From NCBI GenBank assembly GCA_002269645.1, contig NIVC01004167.1, positions 1-57,121 on the forward strand: a stretch of 57,121 nt of DNA. Reading direction: 5' to 3'. The stretch comes from Macrostomum lignano (taxonomy: Eukaryota). Shown here piece after piece: positions 51,867 through 57,121 of this stretch (within the stretch, counting starts at the first letter, position 1; each line of letters opens with the position of its first letter). The notes below the pieces were generated by a model, which ran no database searches, was not told the origin of the DNA, and worked only from the letters and a program-made list of their open reading frames with translations. The position numbers and the translations under genes are program-made.

Positions 51867-54800
51867 ATGGCGACCCGACGGTCTCAACTAAGGTGAGTCT
51901 TTAATCTTTTCGCCCCTTTCGCTCGTTTTTTTCGCTCAATCTTTTTAGAAGGGTTTGGCTTATCTTTGATTGTTCCTGCTAAAGCTGTCCTGCCATTGTT
52001 TTCATGTGTCCTGCACCTGCTTCAGGCATCCTGTTCTTGCTTCAGTGTCATTGCAAGATCAGGTGTCCTGACATGCTTCCATAGGCGTAGGAATGGGGGG
52101 GGACAGTTGGGCCATGCCCCCCCACTTTTTAAAGTTGGGGGAGGGCAGTAATGGTATCTGGCCCCTCCATATTTTAAATGCAAAATGTAGATTTTTTGCT
52201 TATTTTTTACTTTCATTTTTTATTTTTTGCTGCTTTGCATAAATGCATTTTGCTGCAGGGTGACAAAACATAGCGCCTGCAGCGCTAAACTGAGTGCCTG
52301 CAGCGCTAAACTGAGTGCCTGCGGCGCTAAACTGAATGCCTGCGGCGCTAAAATGAATGCCTGCGGCGCTAAAATGAGTGCCTGCAGCGCTAAACTGAGT
52401 GCCTGCGGCGCTAAACTGAGTGCCTGCAGCGCTAAAATGAGTGCCTGCAGCGCTAAACTGAGTGCCTGCAGCGCTAAACTGAGTGCCTGCAGCGCTAAAC
52501 TGAGTGCCTGCGGCGCTAAACTGAATGCCTGCGGCGCTAAAATGAATGCCTGCGGCGCTAAAATGAATGCCTGCGGCGCTAAAATGAATGCCTGCGGCGC
52601 TAAAATGAGTGCTTGCGGCGCTAAACTGAGTGCCTGCGGCGCTAAACTGAGTGCCTGCAGCGCTAAACTGAGTGCCTGCGGCGCTAAAATGAGTGCCTGC
52701 GGCGCTAAAATGAGTGCCTGCGGCGCTAAACTGAGTGCCTGCGGCGCTAAAATGAGTGCCTGCAGCGCTAAACTGAGTGCCTGCGGCGCTAAAATGAGTG
52801 CCTGCGGCGCTAAACTGAATGCCTGCGGCGCTAAAATGAATGCCTGCGGCGCTAAAATGAGTGCCTGCAGCGCTAAACTGAGTGCCTGCGGCGCTAAAAT
52901 GAATGCTTGCGGCGCTAAAATGAGTGCCTGCAGCGCTAAACTGAATGCCTGCGGCGCTAAAATGAATGCTTGCGGCGCTAAAATGAGTGCTGACAACACC
53001 GATTCAAAAATAATTGGTACATGATAATGTGCATTTTCCATATAAAAACAGAAAAATCTAATTCGACAGGGGGCGTGCGCCCTGCGCCCCCCCCCTAAAT
53101 CCGCCACTGAACCTGCCCCCCCCCACTTTTTGAAGCGTTCCTACGCCTATGATTGCTTCAGATATCCTATCATCCTGTCATCCTATAGGCTTAATTTTTT
53201 AAGTTATCACGCCCTTTATTTGGGTGCCCTTGCTTCAGGTATCCTGTTTCATCTATCTTGATGTTTAAAACGCCATACACTATTTATGTACGAGATTTCG
53301 TTGCCTCCTAAGTATATTTATTTTTTCGCTATTTCGAATATCACAGAGCAACCTCTTATCGAAATTACAGGCTGTTGGCAGTCAGCATTCTGTTCCTGTC
53401 ATCTTTTATCCAGCAGTCGGATGCGCAGGTAAACCAATCATCGATCTACATGCACACACAAGGCACCTAAAAATTCAGAAATAAAGAATCTTATATACGT
53501 CGATGCTCCTCTTTTAGGCAAGAAATTGCACCAAAGTTTGCAGAGATTTTGACTGCCGTTGCGTCAAAGGCGAAATGGTAAGCTCCGCGTTGATATTGCT
53601 GCTCAAAATAGCCGACTAATTGACTGATTAATTAACGCAATCAATCAAACCCGGCAGGGTCCCAGAGGCGCGCTGGGTGATCCAGGACTCATCGGCCAGT
53701 CCGGCATGCCCGGAGCTCCTGGCAGCGTTGGCAGCCGGGGCGAGCCGGACTGCAGGGTCCGAAGGGTGACCAGGGCGACAGGGGCTTGCAGGTTGGTGAA
53801 GAATAGCAGATAGAATGCATGTGCTAACGAAGGAATTATACGGGTGCATTAGTAATTTATCAAACACTATAAGTTTATTTCTATCATGTTCACAATACCA
53901 CAAATTCGAAGAGATATAATGACGATTAGAATTGCACTTTGAACTTTAATAGTTCCAGCTCTGAGCTTGAGCTACTTTTGAGCAATTTACCTACAAAAGG
54001 ACAAATGAAAAAATAGCTTTCCAGGGTAGGGGAAGTCATGATCCTCATTTTCTCAAGGAGGGTCAGCCAACGCCCCCCCCCCCCTAGATCCCTCCCTGGA
54101 TCCGCTAGTGTTACAGGCATGAGGCATACGGCGTATTTTTAAGTAAACAAACTATACTTTTCCGATATCAATAATATGCAGATTCATTATATTCAATATA
54201 TAATGTGTATCTCCTCCTCCTCACTTCCGATTGGCTTATTTATCTGCCTATCGTTGGCGCCTTTCCACGCAAACTCTGCCCCTCTCGCTTCAATCTCTAC
54301 CCCTATTTTATTGCCCATAGCTCTCCCGGCTAATTCACAGGGAGGGAGGACGAACATTAAGCTGCCATGTACATTCTCTGCAGCACTGACCGATGTACAT
54401 TTTTCCTGCACTGAAAATCTGTCACGTGATTTTCTCTCTCCTGATAAGAGCGTAGCCTATACAATCCGTCTTGTCAAGGCAATTTTAATTTCCTCAGCTT
54501 TCCTGGGCAGAGACAAAAGCTGCCACTTTCTTTATTAGCTAACTGCATCAATTTATTGCTCTTGTTTTTTAAAATAATTTTTTAAATCATTGAAGATAAT
54601 TCAATCAGTTCTACTAACTACACAACATATCGTTTAACTTTTACAGGGTCAAATTGGTCAGCCAGGCTACCCTGGAACCTCGGGAGAAGCCGTGAGTTAT
54701 TATTAATAACTTTCTTATCGTACTGGCTATGCGAGAAGTTGGTTTTTTGTTAAATCAAGTGTTCAGTTCACAGACGTAATCTTCCTTAGATTACGCCTAC

Positions 54801-56903
54801 GGAAGCTGCAGCATAGATTTCTTAAATATTTTATATATCCAAAGCTTCAAGAGCGTGACCCCAACCATCTGATCCAATCCAGGGCATTCCCGGTATGCCG
54901 GGCCGGAAAGGCAACAAAGGCGAGCGCGGATGTGAAGGCAAAGCTGTAAGTCAGTTGATTTGACACCGTGAACAATGCTTAGCAACAATGTTCTCTGGTA
55001 TCATGAAGCACTACGTTAATTCATTATTCTCTAGTTTCTAAATTACACTTGCCAGGTAACAAGATCAATGACTTGCTGGTTAGCTATACTTAAACTGGTT
55101 CACTGGTTTTTTTAGTTTCATCGCAAAATTACCTAGCTCACTGGTTTCCTAATTCACCGGTTTTCTAAGTTACTGGTTCCTTAATTCATCGGTTCCCCAA
55201 TTCACCGGTTCCCCAAATCACCGGTTCCCTAATTCACAAGTTCCCTACTTCACCGGTTCCCCAATTCACCGGTTCCTTAATTCACCGGTTCCCCAATTCA
55301 CCCGTTCCTCAATTCACCGGTTCCCCAATTCACCCGTTCCTCAATTCACCGGTTCCCCAATTCACCCGTTCCTCAATTCACCGGTTCCCCAATTCACCCG
55401 TTCCTCAATTCACCGGTTCCCAATTCACCCCGTTCCTCAATTCACCGGTTCCCCAATTCACCCGTTCCTCAATTCACCGGTTCCAAAAATAACTGGTTCT
55501 CCAATTCACATGTTACTTAATTCACCGGTTCCCAAATTTACTGGTTCACAGATTAACCGGTTGCTTGATTCACTGGTTCACGGATTCAGTGGTTCACAAA
55601 GTCCTCCAAAATTCAAATCCTGAACTTGCCCAGGGTCAACCAGGTCTGAAAGGCCTGTCCGGCTCCAGGGGCTACAGGGGTGACCCAGGTCCCGACGGCA
55701 TCAAAGGCGAGAAAGGCGACTCAAGCGCGTCGGCGATGGGCGTCAAAGGCGAGCGAGGCCCGACTGGAACAGACGGCCGCAACGGCAGTCGAGGCGTCGA
55801 AGGTCCTCGAGGTGTCGATGGACCGCCAGGAGACAGGGGCGACCCCGGAGAACAGGTGAGTGGGTAGTCCTGGATACCAAAATGAAATTCAATATCCGCT
55901 GTGCGAGCAGATAAAGAGGGTGGATGTTATAGAGTGAGAGATCGAGACTGAGAGGAATATGGGAGAGGAAGGGAGATTAAGATGGGAGCAAGCAGGAGAG
56001 ACAAAAGATCGAGACTAAAAGAATGAGGGAGACCGGAGACGATAAAATTTTTGGGCTTGAACAAATTTGAATCCGCCTGCACTGTCACCGCCACGCAGGG
56101 TCAAAAAGGCTACCAGGGTACCAAAGGCTACATAGGACTGCCAGGCGACAAGGGCGAAGGCATACGTGGAGACAACGGCACCACAGGCGACCCGGGCGCT
56201 CCCGGAGACCAGTGCTCAACCGTGACGCTCAGCGTGCCAAGAAATAAGCTACTTAATATGGACCAGACTATGCAAGGGCCGAAGGGTATACGCGGTCCAA
56301 AGGTATGAAATCGCTTCGTTATTATTTTTACTCGTAGAATATAAAATTAGATTTTAATTTACTTAATGAAGTTGAAATTAGAATATTTGTATCAATGGTG
56401 GGGAAGGGCAGAAAAGCCACTTTGAATGCACGCTTCTTAGCCAATCAGAATGGGTGAAGGGTGAAGAAGACAGGATAGAGGGTAAAAGACCCCACTGCCA
56501 GTGAACGCTTCCTAGCCAATCAGAGTGAGCGAAGGGTGAGAAAGACAGGATGGAGGGTAGAAGACCTCTGTCAGTGCACGCTTCTTAACCAATCAGAATT
56601 GCTTGAAATAAAAGTAGAAAAGTAATGAAACTCGACACATTTCCACTACAATTTCAGGGCGAAAAGGGAGACCCCGGAATGCCCGGCGACCGAGGCATCA
56701 AAGGAGATATGGTGATTTATCTAAGCCATTATTTGTCTCAGTTAATAAATGAAGAGCAATAAGAAGCCTGCTACTGACAACCTATCATTGCACACAGGGA
56801 CGCGACGGCACAGTTGGTCAAAAGGGCGACCCAGGGCGATAGGAGACCCAGGCTCGAAGGGCCAGCCAGGTGAAAAGGCGACAAAGGACCGAAAGGAAAG
56901 GAG
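51867..56903 (+). CDS. COL4A2: Collagen type IV alpha chain, alpha2-like, 3'-incomplete. Exons 51867-51892, 53371-53428, 53518-53577, 53658-53791, 54647-54691, 54883-54945, 55634-55855, 56099-56302, 56658-56711, 56798-56903
   Basis: Signal peptide split by a phase-2 intron (MATRRSQLR|[19 protein letters not shown]), as I recall for COL4A2; 7S Cys exon [20 protein letters not shown]; Gly-X-Y exons of 134(+1), 45, 63, 222, 204, 54 and 106(+2) nt; head-to-head with an NC1-bearing collagen. Its own NC1 lies outside the window. Confidence 0.82.
52080..53151. mobile_element. hAT-type MITE in collagen alpha2-like intron 1, inflated by an internal minisatellite and a nested element end
   Basis: 14-bp perfect TIR CATAGGCGTAGGAA (52080-52093) / TTCCTACGCCTATG (53138-53151). 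Flanks CATGCTTC / ATTGCTTC (6/8). Internal GCGCCCCCCCCTAAATCCGCCACTG (~53085-53109) looks like the end of another CAGTGGCGGA-type MITE. Confidence 0.72.
52274..52990. repeat. 21-bp minisatellite (GCCTGCGGCGCTAAAATGAGT), ~34 copies
   Basis: 7-aa periodic ORFs on both strands (SACGAKM / ILAPQAL). Confidence 0.96.
54200..54545 (-). mobile_element. ~300-bp dispersed repeat, copy 3 (inverted)
   Basis: TTAAGCTGCCATGTACAT...GCACTGACCGATGTACAT...TGCACTGA...GTCACGTGATT is the reverse complement of the core at 22980-23065. Confidence 0.6.
55140..55570. repeat. 16-bp minisatellite with a 32-bp higher-order dimer (AATTCACCGGTTCCCC + AATTCACCCGTTCCTC)
   Basis: TTCCCC at 55321 and 55353; two monomer types alternate in the centre. 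Confidence 0.9.
56425..56598. repeat. ~74-bp repeat, 2.5 copies, each carrying (G/A)CCAATCAG
   Basis: CCAAT at 56441, 56516 and 56589. Confidence 0.75.
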
Positions 56904-57121
56904 GTAAATTTGGCTAATTAATAGCATTGTCACAACGGCACAAAATTTTGAAATCTGCAGGATCCCTCTAGCAACTATAGCTGAAACCAGATATGCAGAA
57001 TTCCAAACTAGAAACTACAGAAACCCAAACCGGAAGCTACAGAAACTCAAGCTAGAAGCTACAGAAACTCAAGCTAGAAAACTATAGGCACTAATCTAGA
57101 AACTCCGGGAGCCAAGAACTT

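Noticed and set aside
52220-53107. 265-aa and 295-aa heptad-repeat ORFs on both strands
   Set aside because: A frame-preserving 21-bp minisatellite inside a MITE within an intron.

Overview
Eukaryotic (invertebrate metazoan) genomic DNA, intron-rich and packed with minisatellites. The texture resembles the flatworm Macrostomum, but that attribution is unverified. From left to right: (1) 1-12.6 kb, a head-to-tail array of five 2.2-2.9 kb non-autonomous Helitron-like units, each with a terminal hairpin, an internal (TTAGGG)n tract and TTGCGCAA palindromes. It probably lies in the first intron of (2) an SRSF1/9-like splicing factor whose exon 1 is not in the window. (3) 16.1-32.9 kb, two tandem 10-exon paralogues with identical intron phases. 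Each encodes an SH3BP2-like PH domain, a Pro/Tyr-rich linker and three SH2-like domains, most of which appear to lack the phosphotyrosine-binding Arg. This is the most novel item. (4) 33-40 kb, minisatellites, a tRNA-derived SINE, a Penelope-like RT fragment and a doubtful small gene. (5) 40.3-57.1 kb, a head-to-head collagen IV pair (alpha1-like on -, alpha2-like on +). The chains are Lys-rich and carry many N-glycosylation sequons, and about 11 single-base frameshifts in short homopolymers are probably assembly errors. Most ORFs in the supplied track are repeat artefacts. All gene models were built by hand from splice signals and translation; no database search was run.
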